A stretch of DNA of 64,000 bases, taken from assembly GCA_963827235.1 (NCBI GenBank), contig CAWHAE010000007.1:1-64000 (forward strand). Direction: 5' to 3'. This document shows, one piece after another, positions 9,760 through 19,768 of the stretch (positions are counted from its first letter, which is position 1; each line of letters starts with the position of its first letter). This DNA comes from an uncultured bacterium. GTDB lineage: Bacteria; Chloroflexota; UBA5177; JANWHV01. The position numbers and the translations under genes were made by a program. The notes under the pieces were generated by a model. That model was not told the origin of the DNA, searched no databases, and worked only from the letters and a program-made list of their open reading frames with translations.

Positions 9760-11364
9760 ATGAATGGACGAAGCACCACACGCACCCTGGCAATAATCGC
9801 ACTGGCCGGAAGCTTCAGCGTTGGCGGCACGACCCTCTACGTCGCCACGCACGGCGGGAGGACGTCTGCTCGTGTCATTGCCACTGACACGGGCGCGACG
9901 GACACGCCTACCCCCCAGATCGGTAGTGCGCCGGTTGGGGGAATGGGCGCCGGAACGCCGCCCGCCGGCACGCCTCCGGCCGGCGGGCAGCTTTCCGGGA
10001 CTCCGCCTGCAGGAGGCATGTCGGGAACCCCACCGGCAGCCGTCACGTCCGGGACACCACCAGCGGGCACGCCGCCCGCTGCCCTCGCTTCCGGCACGCC
10101 GCCCACGGCCGTCGCATCGGCGACGCCCGTGGCCAGCTCGACTCCTACCGCGTCGAGTCAGAAGCAGCTCGGCACCGCGGGCTACACCGTGAAGACCGGA
10201 TCCGTCACCAAGACGAGCGAGCGCTTTCGGGCCTCGGGTGCCGACGAGTCGGCCATTCTCGTCACCGGCGGCGGCAGTCTCACGCTGACGAGCTGCAAGA
10301 TCGCCACGACCGGTTCCTCGTCGTCCTCCGACAGCAGCAGTTTCTACGGTCTCGACGCCGGCGTGCTCGTCTATGCCAGCGGCAGCGCGGTACTCTCGGG
10401 CAGCTCCATCACCACCACCGGCTCGGGCGCCAACGGTCTCTTCGCCTACGGCGGCGAGGCCTCCGCTTCGATGTCTCACGGCAGTATCACGGCGACCGGC
10501 CAGTACGCGCACGGCGCGATGACCAGCGGCGGCGGCATGGCATCCGTCTCCAACGTCACGATCAAGACCGCCGGCGATAGCGCCGCCGCCATAGCCACCG
10601 ACCGTGGTGGCGGCACGATCACGGTCACAGGCGGCACCATGACTACCTCCGGCTCGAGCTCTCCCGGTATCTACTCGACGGGAGCGATCACGGTCACCGA
10701 CGCCACGTTGACCGCGAGCGGCTCCGAGGCGGCGGTGATCGAGGGCAGCAACACGATTGCTCTCACCAACAGCAAGCTCACCGGCAGCAAGCTCTGGGGC
10801 GTCTTGATCTACCAGAGCTCCTCGGGTGACGCGCAAGGCGGGCACGGTATCTTCACCATGACCGGCGGCTCGCTCACCGCTCTCAGCGGCCCCCTGTTCC
10901 ACGTGACGAATTCGACCGGTACCATGACGCTGCATGGCGTGAAAGTCTCCGCCTCGTCCGGCACGCTGATCAGCGCGACTACCGATCGCTGGGGCACGAC
11001 GGGCTCGAACGGCGGCACGGCCATTCTGACGGCAGACCATCAAACGCTGAGCGGGAACATTGTCGCCGATAGCTCCAGCGCCGTTACCATCGCCCTGACG
11101 AACAGCTCGACGCTGAGTGGTGCCATCAACGCGGCCAAGACGGCCAAGAGCGTGTCGTTGACCCTCGATGCTTCCAGCCGGTGGAAGGTGACGGCCGACT
11201 CCACCCTGAGCAGCCTTACCGGCGCTCAGCTGTCCGGCACTTCAATCAGCAACATCGCGGGCAACGGCCACACCGTGACCTACGACAAGAGTCTTGCTGC
11301 CAACGACTGGCTGGGCGGCAGGACCTATACCCTCGCGAACGGCGGCAAGCTCGTCGCCGCCTGA
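9760..11364 (+). CDS. Secreted Gly/Ser/Thr-rich beta-helix protein (autotransporter passenger/pectin-lyase-like fold)
   Basis: N-terminal signal/anchor, GTPP linker, repeated ITTTGSGANG / IKTAGDSAAAIATDRGGG strands, C-terminal LGGRTYTLANGGKL. Confidence 0.8.
   Translation: MNGRSTTRTLAIIALAGSFSVGGTTLYVATHGGRTSARVIATDTGATDTPTPQIGSAPVGGMGAGTPPAGTPPAGGQLSGTPPAGGMSGTPPAAVTSGTPPAGTPPAALASGTPPTAVASATPVASSTPTASSQKQLGTAGYTVKTGSVTKTSERFRASGADESAILVTGGGSLTLTSCKIATTGSSSSSDSSSFYGLDAGVLVYASGSAVLSGSSITTTGSGANGLFAYGGEASASMSHGSITATGQYAHGAMTSGGGMASVSNVTIKTAGDSAAAIATDRGGGTITVTGGTMTTSGSSSPGIYSTGAITVTDATLTASGSEAAVIEGSNTIALTNSKLTGSKLWGVLIYQSSSGDAQGGHGIFTMTGGSLTALSGPLFHVTNSTGTMTLHGVKVSASSGTLISATTDRWGTTGSNGGTAILTADHQTLSGNIVADSSSAVTIALTNSSTLSGAINAAKTAKSVSLTLDASSRWKVTADSTLSSLTGAQLSGTSISNIAGNGHTVTYDKSLAANDWLGGRTYTLANGGKLVAA
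9952..10107 (+). repeat. Seven GTPP(A/T) peptide repeats (low-complexity linker)
   Basis: GTPPA x6 plus GTPPT, with divergent codons. Confidence 0.8.
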
Positions 11365-11624
11365 CGCTTACCGGGTGGCACGTGATCGACGACCTGAGAA
11401 CATAGGCAATCGAATCACCGAAGAAGCCTTCCGGCGGAGAGTCGAGGCTTTCAGAGTGCGGGCACGGGCGGGGCAAGCAAGGGACCGGTAACGCGAGCGC
11501 CGGCAGGCAGCTTCACTCAGCGCCGGGCAGCGGGACGATCGGCGGCTTCGCAGCGGTTGCGCTCATCCGGCGTGCTATCCTGCACCTGTCGAGGTCGACA
11601 CATGCGCCTATGAGGAGAGAAAAC

Positions 11625-12548
11625 ATGGCAGAGCACGCGGTGGGGCTGTTTGAAGTGCTGGACGAGCGATTCGAGCGTTGTATCAACGGCAGCGCCAAGC
11701 TCGAGCAGCTCTACACCGGTTGTCGCTGGGCGGAAGGCCCGGCGTACTTCCCGGCCGGCCGCTACCTGGTATGGAGCGACATCCCCAACGATCGCATGCT
11801 CCGGTACGATGACGCCACCGGCACGGTCGGCGTATTCCGGCACCCCGCCGGCTACACTAACGGCAACACCGTGGATCGCACCGGTCGCCTGGTGACCTGC
11901 GAGCACGGTAATCGCCGTGTCACGCGTACGGAGTACGACGGCACGATCACCGTGATCGCGGATCGCTACGACGGCAAGCGCTTCAACAGCCCGAACGACG
12001 TGGTCGTGAAGTCCGACGGATCGATCTGGTTCAGCGACCCACCCTACGGCATCGAGACCGACTACGAGGGCCACCGGGCCCCGAGCGAGATCGGCGCCAA
12101 CCACGTCTATCGCGTCGATCCGCACAGCGGCGCCTGCCGCATCGCCGTGGACGATTTCGACCGTCCCAACGGCCTGGCCTTCTCGCCGGATGAGCGCCGC
12201 CTTTACGTGTCGGATACAGGTTGCACGCACACCCCCGGCGGCCCGCGCCACATCCGCGTCTTCGACGTGAAGGATGACGGCACCCTTTCCGGCGGCACCG
12301 CGTTCGCCGTCTGTACCGCCGGTCTGTTCGACGGCTTCCGGCTGGACGAGGCGGGACGGATCTGGGCGAGCGCGGAGGACGGCGTCCACTGCTACGACGC
12401 TGACGGCACCCTGCTGGGCAAGATCCACGTACCCGAGCCGGTAGCCAACGTGGTGTTCGGCTGGCCGAAGCGCAACCGCCTCTTCATCTGCGGCACCACG
12501 TCGATCTACGCCGTGCTGCTGCCCGTCAACGGGGCACGCACGTTCTGA
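11625..12548 (+). CDS. SMP-30/gluconolactonase/LRE family protein
   Basis: WAEGPAY, WSDIPND, NSPNDVV, PNGLAFSPDE, DGFRLD. Confidence 0.93.
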   Translation: MAEHAVGLFEVLDERFERCINGSAKLEQLYTGCRWAEGPAYFPAGRYLVWSDIPNDRMLRYDDATGTVGVFRHPAGYTNGNTVDRTGRLVTCEHGNRRVTRTEYDGTITVIADRYDGKRFNSPNDVVVKSDGSIWFSDPPYGIETDYEGHRAPSEIGANHVYRVDPHSGACRIAVDDFDRPNGLAFSPDERRLYVSDTGCTHTPGGPRHIRVFDVKDDGTLSGGTAFAVCTAGLFDGFRLDEAGRIWASAEDGVHCYDADGTLLGKIHVPEPVANVVFGWPKRNRLFICGTTSIYAVLLPVNGARTF

Positions 12549-12630
12549 GTCCGGCTCTGCCCGATTGTGGGCTCGTTGCAGGCTGCATAGCCGGCGGGCG
12601 CACACTCGGTCGGGCCGAACGACGACCCAT

Positions 12631-12990
12631 TCACGCAAATGCCTTGGCCCAGGACAGCAGGTGAATGCCCTCCCGTGCGATCAGGGTTTGCAGGGTAGGG
12701 CTGGCGAGCACCTGCCACTCGCGCTCGCGCGGTTCCGTCAAAGGGTCCAGGTGACGCAATTCGTCGTCGATGTGGCCAGGATGTGCCACGAGCTCCGTGA
12801 CCCCAACGGACAGGGCGCGCAGGAACATACCGAGGGGGCGTTGGTCGCGTAGCCGGCCCATCGCCGTGAGCACGCTGAAGCGCTTTGACTGCAGTACACT
12901 TGCCGGTCCGCTGGTGCGTTGCCGAAGCGGAACGCGTGGCACGCGCACAATGGGCAGCCAGGCCTAGGTCATCCGCGTTGATGATCAAGC
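12631..12990 (-). pseudogene. ChbG/YdjC/HpnK deacetylase remnant with internal deletion
   Basis: N-terminal LIINADDLGL motif lies only about 200 bp from the C-terminal ELVAHPG...REREWQVLASP...EGIHLLSW. Confidence 0.65.
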
Positions 12991-13100
12991 CGTCGTTCGA
13001 GCCCGCGCATTGTCCCTCTGTCGCCAAGATAGAGCACATGGCAATCGCCGACCACCGGCCGCTGCCATAATGACTGCAGCCCATTCCCCGAGGAACCGAT

Positions 13101-13973
13101 CTACGCGCCGTGGCCGCGTTTGCGCTTCAGCCACGTTTCCATGCCCATGACGCCGGGATAGATCTTCCGTACGGCCTCTACGTCGGCGTCAAATGTGTTG
13201 CGACTCAGCCAGTACCACATAGCCAGCAGGTCCTTGCTCACCATGCGGCCGAACAGGCCGGCCGGCATGGGCAAGCCGAACGGCGCCCTGCCGTTCACTC
13301 GTTTGAAGATCGATCGAGCCTCGGCGATCGATTGCGTGTCACCGGACAGCACCAGTCTTTGGCCAATGTAGACCTCCGGCTTGGCAAACACCGCCGCGGC
13401 GACGGCGCCGATATCGTCCACCGCGATCCAATCCACGGGTTGGCGCAAGCCGATGGTTTTCGGCATCATGCCCCACCCGATAATGGGAAAATACTTCATC
13501 TCCGTCAGGTCTTCCATGAAGATCGTGGGCCGGAGGATGGTAGCCGGCAACCCAAGTTGTGCGATATGCTGCTCTATCTGCCATTTGGAATCGAAATGCG
13601 GCACCCCCGTTTGTCGATCCGCTGCCGCCACTGAGGCGAATACGAGGTGCTTCACGCCGGCGCTGCTGGAGACGTCCGCGATGAGCTTCCCGTGCACGAT
13701 CTCCGCGTCTATGCCGTTGCGGAGGAAATCGGTGACCGCATACACGCCGTATACGCCGTCGAGCGCGCGCTCGAGCGCTTCGCGGTCCCCCATGTTCCCG
13801 TCGCAAAGCTCCACCCCGGTCTTGGCCAGCGCTTGTGCTCGTTTGCTGTTGGGATTGCGGGTGAGGCCGCGCACCCGCCAACCGGTTTGGAGCAGGTGGC
13901 GCGTCGTGGCACCGCCTTGGCTCCCGGTTGCAGCCGTCACGAGGATCGTCTTGATGTCCGTAGTGTTGCCCAC
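13101..13973 (-). CDS. NmrA/HSCARG family NAD(P)-binding protein
   Basis: ILVTAATGSQGG, VRGLTRNP, GVPHFDSKWQIE, ILRPTIFME. Confidence 0.9.
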   Translation of the reverse strand: MGNTTDIKTILVTAATGSQGGATTRHLLQTGWRVRGLTRNPNSKRAQALAKTGVELCDGNMGDREALERALDGVYGVYAVTDFLRNGIDAEIVHGKLIADVSSSAGVKHLVFASVAAADRQTGVPHFDSKWQIEQHIAQLGLPATILRPTIFMEDLTEMKYFPIIGWGMMPKTIGLRQPVDWIAVDDIGAVAAAVFAKPEVYIGQRLVLSGDTQSIAEARSIFKRVNGRAPFGLPMPAGLFGRMVSKDLLAMWYWLSRNTFDADVEAVRKIYPGVMGMETWLKRKRGHGA

Positions 13974-14037
13974 TGCGCCGCCTCCCTACTCTTCCATCTC
14001 AATCTATATGACGGCGGCAGCCCGCGAAACTCGCCGG

Positions 14038-15039
14038 TCAAGAAATTGGCGTGAGATGAAATCGGGCAATGAGGCGCTCGTCGGGGTCCAGGAAGCCGTG
14101 GAGCGAGACGATACGATCGCCGGAGATGGTCAGGACCTGAAGGGCTGCCAGCCGGTATATGCCGTCGGGGCCGCGAGAATAGGCGGCATATGCCGGGCAG
14201 CCGTTGGCCCGTGTTGGCGTCAGACGGAATGGACGCGGCACGACACTCGTAAAGAGATGTGCCTGCAGGAACCCGCGGATGGCCTCGCGTCCCTGGTACC
14301 AGGCGGGCACCGGCGGCATGGTCATCACCGCATCGTCACGCAGCAGGGCGACCAGTCGATGCACATCCGCTTCCTCCCAGGCCTGTACATATTCGGTCAG
14401 CAGCGCCGCGATCTGGGCGTCGGGCACAGACGTCGGCGCATCCATCCGATACGTGCTGGGCAGCGACTGCATAGTCGCCCGCGCGCGTCGCAGGGCGCTG
14501 TTCACCGCGGTGACCGTCATGTCCAGTAGCCCAGCGACCTCGTCGGCTCGCCAGGCGAGCACGTCGCGCAGGATCAACACGGCACGCTGGCGCGCCGGGA
14601 GATGCTGCAGCGCGGCAAGGAAGGCGAGAGCCACGCTCTCACGCAGATCGTATCGTCCTTCCGGACCGACGCTCTCGCTTGGCAGGAAAGCGTCAGGGAG
14701 CGGTTCCAGCCAGATTGGCTCCATCTGGGGCGGCGGCAATGGCTCGAGGGGGTCGGCGGGTGCATGCGAATGCATGGGCAGAGATCGACGGCGCCTGTCT
14801 CGGGCGTCCAGGGCGGCATGCGTAGCAATCTTGTAGCACCAAGCGCGAAACGGGGCGCGTCCCTCGAATGACGCCAGCTTGCGCCAGGCACGCAAGAACG
14901 TCTCCTGCAGCACGTCCTCGGCGTCGTCAAGCGAGCCAAGCATGCGGTAGGAGTGGACCAGCAGCTCACGGCGATAGGGCTCGATCAGCCGCGCGAAGGC
15001 AGTCTCATCCCCTGCACGAGCGGCGTCGATATCGGACAT
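14038..15039 (-). CDS. ECF sigma-70 factor with C-terminal SnoaL-like extension (SigG-like)
   Basis: YRMLGSLDDAEDVLQETFLRAW, LPARQRAVLILRDVL, VNSALRRAR, MPP..WYQG..ANGCPA. Confidence 0.92.
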   Translation of the reverse strand: MSDIDAARAGDETAFARLIEPYRRELLVHSYRMLGSLDDAEDVLQETFLRAWRKLASFEGRAPFRAWCYKIATHAALDARDRRRRSLPMHSHAPADPLEPLPPPQMEPIWLEPLPDAFLPSESVGPEGRYDLRESVALAFLAALQHLPARQRAVLILRDVLAWRADEVAGLLDMTVTAVNSALRRARATMQSLPSTYRMDAPTSVPDAQIAALLTEYVQAWEEADVHRLVALLRDDAVMTMPPVPAWYQGREAIRGFLQAHLFTSVVPRPFRLTPTRANGCPAYAAYSRGPDGIYRLAALQVLTISGDRIVSLHGFLDPDERLIARFHLTPIS

Positions 15040-15260
15040 ATCTCCCGTGTACATGCTCCCGGCATTCCTGTTCCACACGTAGCGGGGCCTGGCTGGGTGG
15101 CCTATCGGTGAAGGTACCAGCCCCAGCCTGCTCCTTGGCCGGCCTGGAGCGTCCGTGGGTGCAGCACGCCGTGTGCCGCGTCAGGCAATGTCTCTCGCCG
15201 ATGACGTTGAGGGCTGCGCATGACCTACCGCCCGGCCACGGAAGGCTGCATCCGTGCCGC

Positions 15261-16019
15261 TCACTTGGTGGAAGATACGGTCATGCCACCGTCGACGACG
15301 AAGGGCGTGCCGAGAATGAACGAGGCGTCGTCGGTAGCCAGGAACACGGCTGCATTGGCGATGTCGCCGGCAGTGCCCAGGCGACCCACGGGATGGAGAC
15401 GGGCTGCCTTCTCCTTCTCCTCGGGCTTGCCCCCGAAGTAGAGATCGTTGATCGGCGTATCGATCCAGCCCGGGCAGATGCAATTGAGCCGGATGCCGGC
15501 CTTCGCGTAGTCGAGGGCAGCGGCCCGGCTCATGGCGATGATCCCGCCCTTGGTGGCGGCGTAGGCGGCGTTTTCCGGTGCGCCAAACAGGCCGTCGATC
15601 GATCCCGTGGTGAGGATGACGCCGCCCGGCCGCCGGACCAGTGGCCCGCCGTACTTGATGGTCAGGAACATGCCTCGGAGGTTGACCCCGTGCATGCGGT
15701 CCCACTCCTCCTCCGAGGTGTCTTCCAGCGTCTTGCAGATCATGACGCCCGCATTGGCCACCAGGATGTCCAGCTCGCCGTCCTCTTCCCGTACGCTGCC
15801 CATCAGCGCGCGCACGGCCGCCGCATCGGCCACGTCGACCACCGCCAAGCGCGCCCTTCCACCCGCGGTGGAGATCTCGGCGACCACCGCGCGCCCTCTC
15901 ACCGCGTCACGATCGACCGCGATCACGCGGGCACCTTCGCGCGCGAAGGCGGCAGCGATGGCGCGACCGATACCGCTGGCGGCGCCGGTGACCAGTGCAA
16001 CTTTGTCCTGCAATCTCAT
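15261..16019 (-). CDS. Short-chain dehydrogenase/reductase
   Basis: TGAASGIG, ANAG, YAATKGG, CPGWIDT, VDGG. Confidence 0.93.
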   Translation of the reverse strand: MRLQDKVALVTGAASGIGRAIAAAFAREGARVIAVDRDAVRGRAVVAEISTAGGRARLAVVDVADAAAVRALMGSVREEDGELDILVANAGVMICKTLEDTSEEEWDRMHGVNLRGMFLTIKYGGPLVRRPGGVILTTGSIDGLFGAPENAAYAATKGGIIAMSRAAALDYAKAGIRLNCICPGWIDTPINDLYFGGKPEEKEKAARLHPVGRLGTAGDIANAAVFLATDDASFILGTPFVVDGGMTVSSTK

Positions 16020-16317
16020 GTATCTGAGCCCCCAAGCGGGTAAACAGTTCATCCGGTACATGCACGCGAGACCTGAAACCCCGCCGTTCACGCCGCCTTC
16101 GCCGCTGGATGCCCCGGCGCTTCAGCGCGGAGCATCGAGTCCGCGGCAGAAGCAGGATTAGCCGCATTTCCTCCTTAACCGGACGGTATTGGACGAAAGC
16201 CCAGCATCGGGCGACGGCGCGAAGACACGGTCCTCTGCTAGTCGCCGATGGCAGCAGAGGGTGCCCGGCTTCCCTGCCTGGACGCCGCGCCCGGGCGCGG
16301 CGTCCAGGCAGGCACCA

Positions 16318-17823
16318 CTACCAGTTCCAGCTTCCGTACTGGTTCCGCAGTCGCTGCTCGTCTGCCAGCACCAGACGTTGCACCTGCGCCAGCGCGGCGG
16401 CAGGCGTCTGCTGACCGTAGAGCACGCGGACCGTTGCCTTGTCGAGCTGGTCTATATAGTAGACCTCAACCGGGTTGATCGGCAGGTAGGCCTGGCTGTT
16501 CCGCGCCAGGTTGGGCTGCATCTCCACTCCCGGCAGTCCGGCCATGGGATTGCCGGACAGACCGCTCTTCTGCCGGATGGTCGCTTCACCGTCGAGCAAG
16601 GCCGTGAGCCAGCGCTTCTGATCAGCTGCCACCGGGGAGCCGTTTGTCGACGGGCCGAGCAGATAACCGTTGTCCCAGGCGATGAACTTGGCAGCCGCGA
16701 AGGCTGCCGCGGGATGGGCGGCGCCGGGCGGAATGACGATCACCTGCTGTGTGCTGGGGTAGTTCGCCGCTTCCGGCATCACGCCGTGGATCGTGGGCGG
16801 CAGCCAGGTAAGCTGATATTGCAGCCCGCCCTTGGCGCCGAACGTGAAGGAATCGAACGGCGTGAGGCTCCAGTACGAATTCGCGGACGGCGTGATCAGC
16901 GCCTTACCGGAGGCCATGTAGTCCTTGGCACTGCCGTTCCAGATGTCGGGGTCGCCCGCCAGGAATTTGGTCAGCTTGTCGTAGCCGCCGTAGAGGTCCA
17001 CCAGCTGTTTCAGATAGGTGAGATACTCCACGTTGCAGGGATCGGTGGCCGTCGGCTGGTTGCGCGCGTCGTACATGCCGTGGCCCACGGCGCACATACC
17101 GCGCGCCATGGTTTCCCAGGTGTAGCCTGCCGGTGCTCCGGTGCTGAACGGCCAGTAGCCGATCCGCGTCAGATTGCCCGAGGAGTCGAAGCGCACCGCC
17201 TTCTTGGACATGTTGTAGAGGTCGGCGAAGGTCTTCAGGTTAGCGTTGCTGAAGCCCAGGGGCGTCATGTACTTCGGCAGATAGACCAGCTGGCCCAGCA
17301 GCGGACCGCTTACCGCCGGTATGCCCCACCAGTGACCGCCGAAGTGCGCCCATTTGGCCATGCCGGGCAAGAAGTAGCTGTCGGAGACGTGGTACTGGGC
17401 GAAGTACTTGTCCAACGGCTGTGCCAGCTTGCGCAGAACCGAGAAGCCCAGGTAGCCGCCCTGAATGAACACCATGTCCGGCGGATTGCCGGAGTTGACG
17501 GCCAGGGTCAGCTTGGTCTCGAGCGTCGCCTCGTCGTTGATCGCGGTCTCTTTCCATTGCAGGTTGGGGAAGGCCTTGGCCAACCGGCTATGGAAGATGT
17601 TGTTGATGGAAAAGACATTACCAGGACTGCTGTCGTTGAAGCCCTGCAGTGAGCCGCAGCATGTATAGACGGAGAGGGTGACGTTCATGTCGACCGATGG
17701 ACCGGCGTCGGTTGCCGGCAGTCGCGCGCCGAGAAGGCTGGCCACGAGCACGGTCGCCGCCAGCACGGATAGACAGGCGCGGCGTGGCGCGATGGGCACG
17801 GGAAGACTCCTTTCCGCTTGCAT
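16318..17823 (-). CDS. Sugar ABC transporter extracellular solute-binding protein
   Basis: Signal peptide, SGNPPDMV, AQPLDKY, C-terminal GQQTPAAALAQ; operon with permeases. Confidence 0.85.
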   Translation of the reverse strand: MQAERSLPVPIAPRRACLSVLAATVLVASLLGARLPATDAGPSVDMNVTLSVYTCCGSLQGFNDSSPGNVFSINNIFHSRLAKAFPNLQWKETAINDEATLETKLTLAVNSGNPPDMVFIQGGYLGFSVLRKLAQPLDKYFAQYHVSDSYFLPGMAKWAHFGGHWWGIPAVSGPLLGQLVYLPKYMTPLGFSNANLKTFADLYNMSKKAVRFDSSGNLTRIGYWPFSTGAPAGYTWETMARGMCAVGHGMYDARNQPTATDPCNVEYLTYLKQLVDLYGGYDKLTKFLAGDPDIWNGSAKDYMASGKALITPSANSYWSLTPFDSFTFGAKGGLQYQLTWLPPTIHGVMPEAANYPSTQQVIVIPPGAAHPAAAFAAAKFIAWDNGYLLGPSTNGSPVAADQKRWLTALLDGEATIRQKSGLSGNPMAGLPGVEMQPNLARNSQAYLPINPVEVYYIDQLDKATVRVLYGQQTPAAALAQVQRLVLADEQRLRNQYGSWNW

Positions 17824-17901
17824 AGTGTGGGTGTGACTGGTCCTGCTACCTCTTTCTGGGCGCGATGGTCGAGATAGGCGAGTTTCGGCCCCCCTCCTTT
17901 C

Positions 17902-18822
17902 TCACATCTTGAGGCCGGTCATGGTGATGCCGCGGATCATGGTGCGCTGCGTAAAGAAGAAGAGCAGCACCGGCGGCCCGGTCAGAATGAGCGAATACGC
18001 CATGATGGCGCCGATATTGACGACGCCGTGGTTGACCACGAACTGGTACACGCCGAGAGAGAGCGTGTAGTTGCTGGGGTCGTTGAGGAAGATCAGGGGG
18101 TTAAAGAAGTCGTTGTATGTCCACAGGAAGGTGAACAGGGCGGTCGTGGCCAGCGCCGGCTTGATCAGCGGCACGATGATGTGCCAGAAGATGCGGTAGT
18201 CCGAACAGCCGTCGATGCGCGCCGAGTCCGAGAGATCGTAGGGAATGGTCATCATGAACTGGCGCAGCAAGAAGATGAAGAACGAGTTGCCGGTCAGCGC
18301 CGGCCAGGTTAGCGGGCGAAGAGTTCCCAGCCAGCCGATCCACTTATAGAGGTAGTAGGTGGGGATCAAGGTTGTCCACGGCGGCAGGATCAACGTGACC
18401 AGGACCAGGATGAACAACGCTTCGCGTCCGGGAAACCGCAGGCGGGCGAACGGGTAGGCAATGATCGCGCTCGATGCGACGGTGGCGACGACGTTGAAGG
18501 CGGTGATATAGGCCGTGTTGCGCACGTAGTCCCAGAAGCCGGACACTCCGACCGCACTCTGCATGCCGGCGAGGGTCCAGGGATGCGGCCACATCGTAGG
18601 CGGCAGCGACGTCAGGTCGCCGTTGGTCTTGAAGGCGCTGATCACCAGCCAGTAGAACGGGATGAGGAAGGGAATGGCCGCTACCAGGAGCAGGAGATGC
18701 CGGATCGCGGCCATCCGCCGCTTGCGGCCGTAAGGACGGGTGCCCTGTCGCGTGGCGGCGCGCCGCTCGCCGTCGCGCACGTCGATCGCTGCCAGCCTGC
18801 CGCGCTCGCTGCTAACTGCCAT
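17902..18822 (-). CDS. Carbohydrate ABC permease (MalG-like)
   Basis: AYPFARLRFPGR, IPYDLSDSARIDG EAA loop. Confidence 0.92.
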   Translation of the reverse strand: MAVSSERGRLAAIDVRDGERRAATRQGTRPYGRKRRMAAIRHLLLLVAAIPFLIPFYWLVISAFKTNGDLTSLPPTMWPHPWTLAGMQSAVGVSGFWDYVRNTAYITAFNVVATVASSAIIAYPFARLRFPGREALFILVLVTLILPPWTTLIPTYYLYKWIGWLGTLRPLTWPALTGNSFFIFLLRQFMMTIPYDLSDSARIDGCSDYRIFWHIIVPLIKPALATTALFTFLWTYNDFFNPLIFLNDPSNYTLSLGVYQFVVNHGVVNIGAIMAYSLILTGPPVLLFFFTQRTMIRGITMTGLKM

Positions 18823-19768
18823 AGTGCACCCACCTTCCCGAGGTCCGCACCAGCACCAGGGTAATCGCGACCACGACGATGGTCAGAATCCAGGCCATGG
18901 CCGAGGAGTAGCCGACGTTGCCCTGCTGGAATGCCTGGTCGTAGATGTGCAGGGAGAAGAAAAGAGTGGATCCGTCCGGCCCACCCACGTCGCCGCCGCT
19001 TCCCGTCGCCCCTGCCGTGGCGACCGTCGAGACGACGAACGCCTGTGCGAAGTACTGGAAGGAGTTGATCATGCCGAGGATCAGGTTGAAGAAGACCGTG
19101 GGCGTGATCAGCGGCAGTGTGACGTGCCAGAAACGGGCCGCGCCGCCGGCTCCGTCCAGCGAGGCAGCCTCGTAGAGCTCTTCCGGCACCCCCTGCAGGC
19201 CAGCCAGAAAGATGATGATCGTGGCACCGGCGCCCCAGACGTTCTGCAGCAGCAGACCGGGCTTGGACCAGTTTGGATCGGTGAACCAGCCGGGCTGCGA
19301 AAGGTGCAGGCCACCGAGCACGGCGTTGACCAACCCCGTCTGAGGGTTGAGCAGCCAGAGGAAGAGCAGCGAGCTGCCGACGAAGGGCACGAGCGAAGGC
19401 AGGAAGAAAATGGTGCGGTAGATGGCGATGCCGCGCACCTTCGAGTTCAGCAGCAAGGCCACGAACAAGCCGGTCACGAGGGTGACGGGGACGCTGACGA
19501 ATACCCACCACGCCGTCACGCTCAGCGTGGTGGGGAAGTCGGGATCTGTGCCGTCCCACATGGCGCGGAAATTGTCCAGGCCGATCCAGTGCGGCGGCCA
19601 GACAGCGCCCGTATAGTCCGTGAACGAGAAATACAGGGAAAGGACGGTAGGTATCAGCCAGAGACCCAGCATGCCCACGATCCAGGGCGAGAGGAACACC
19701 AGGGCGACACGCAGCGTACGCCGCGAGTGCGGCGAAGAGCGGAACGGCCGCGCGGCAACCGCAGCCAC
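18812..19768 (-). CDS. Carbohydrate ABC permease (MalF-like)
   Basis: LAGLQGVPEELYEAASLDGAG EAA loop; overlaps neighbours. Confidence 0.92.
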   Translation of the reverse strand: MAAVAARPFRSSPHSRRTLRVALVFLSPWIVGMLGLWLIPTVLSLYFSFTDYTGAVWPPHWIGLDNFRAMWDGTDPDFPTTLSVTAWWVFVSVPVTLVTGLFVALLLNSKVRGIAIYRTIFFLPSLVPFVGSSLLFLWLLNPQTGLVNAVLGGLHLSQPGWFTDPNWSKPGLLLQNVWGAGATIIIFLAGLQGVPEELYEAASLDGAGGAARFWHVTLPLITPTVFFNLILGMINSFQYFAQAFVVSTVATAGATGSGGDVGGPDGSTLFFSLHIYDQAFQQGNVGYSSAMAWILTIVVVAITLVLVRTSGRWVHYGS

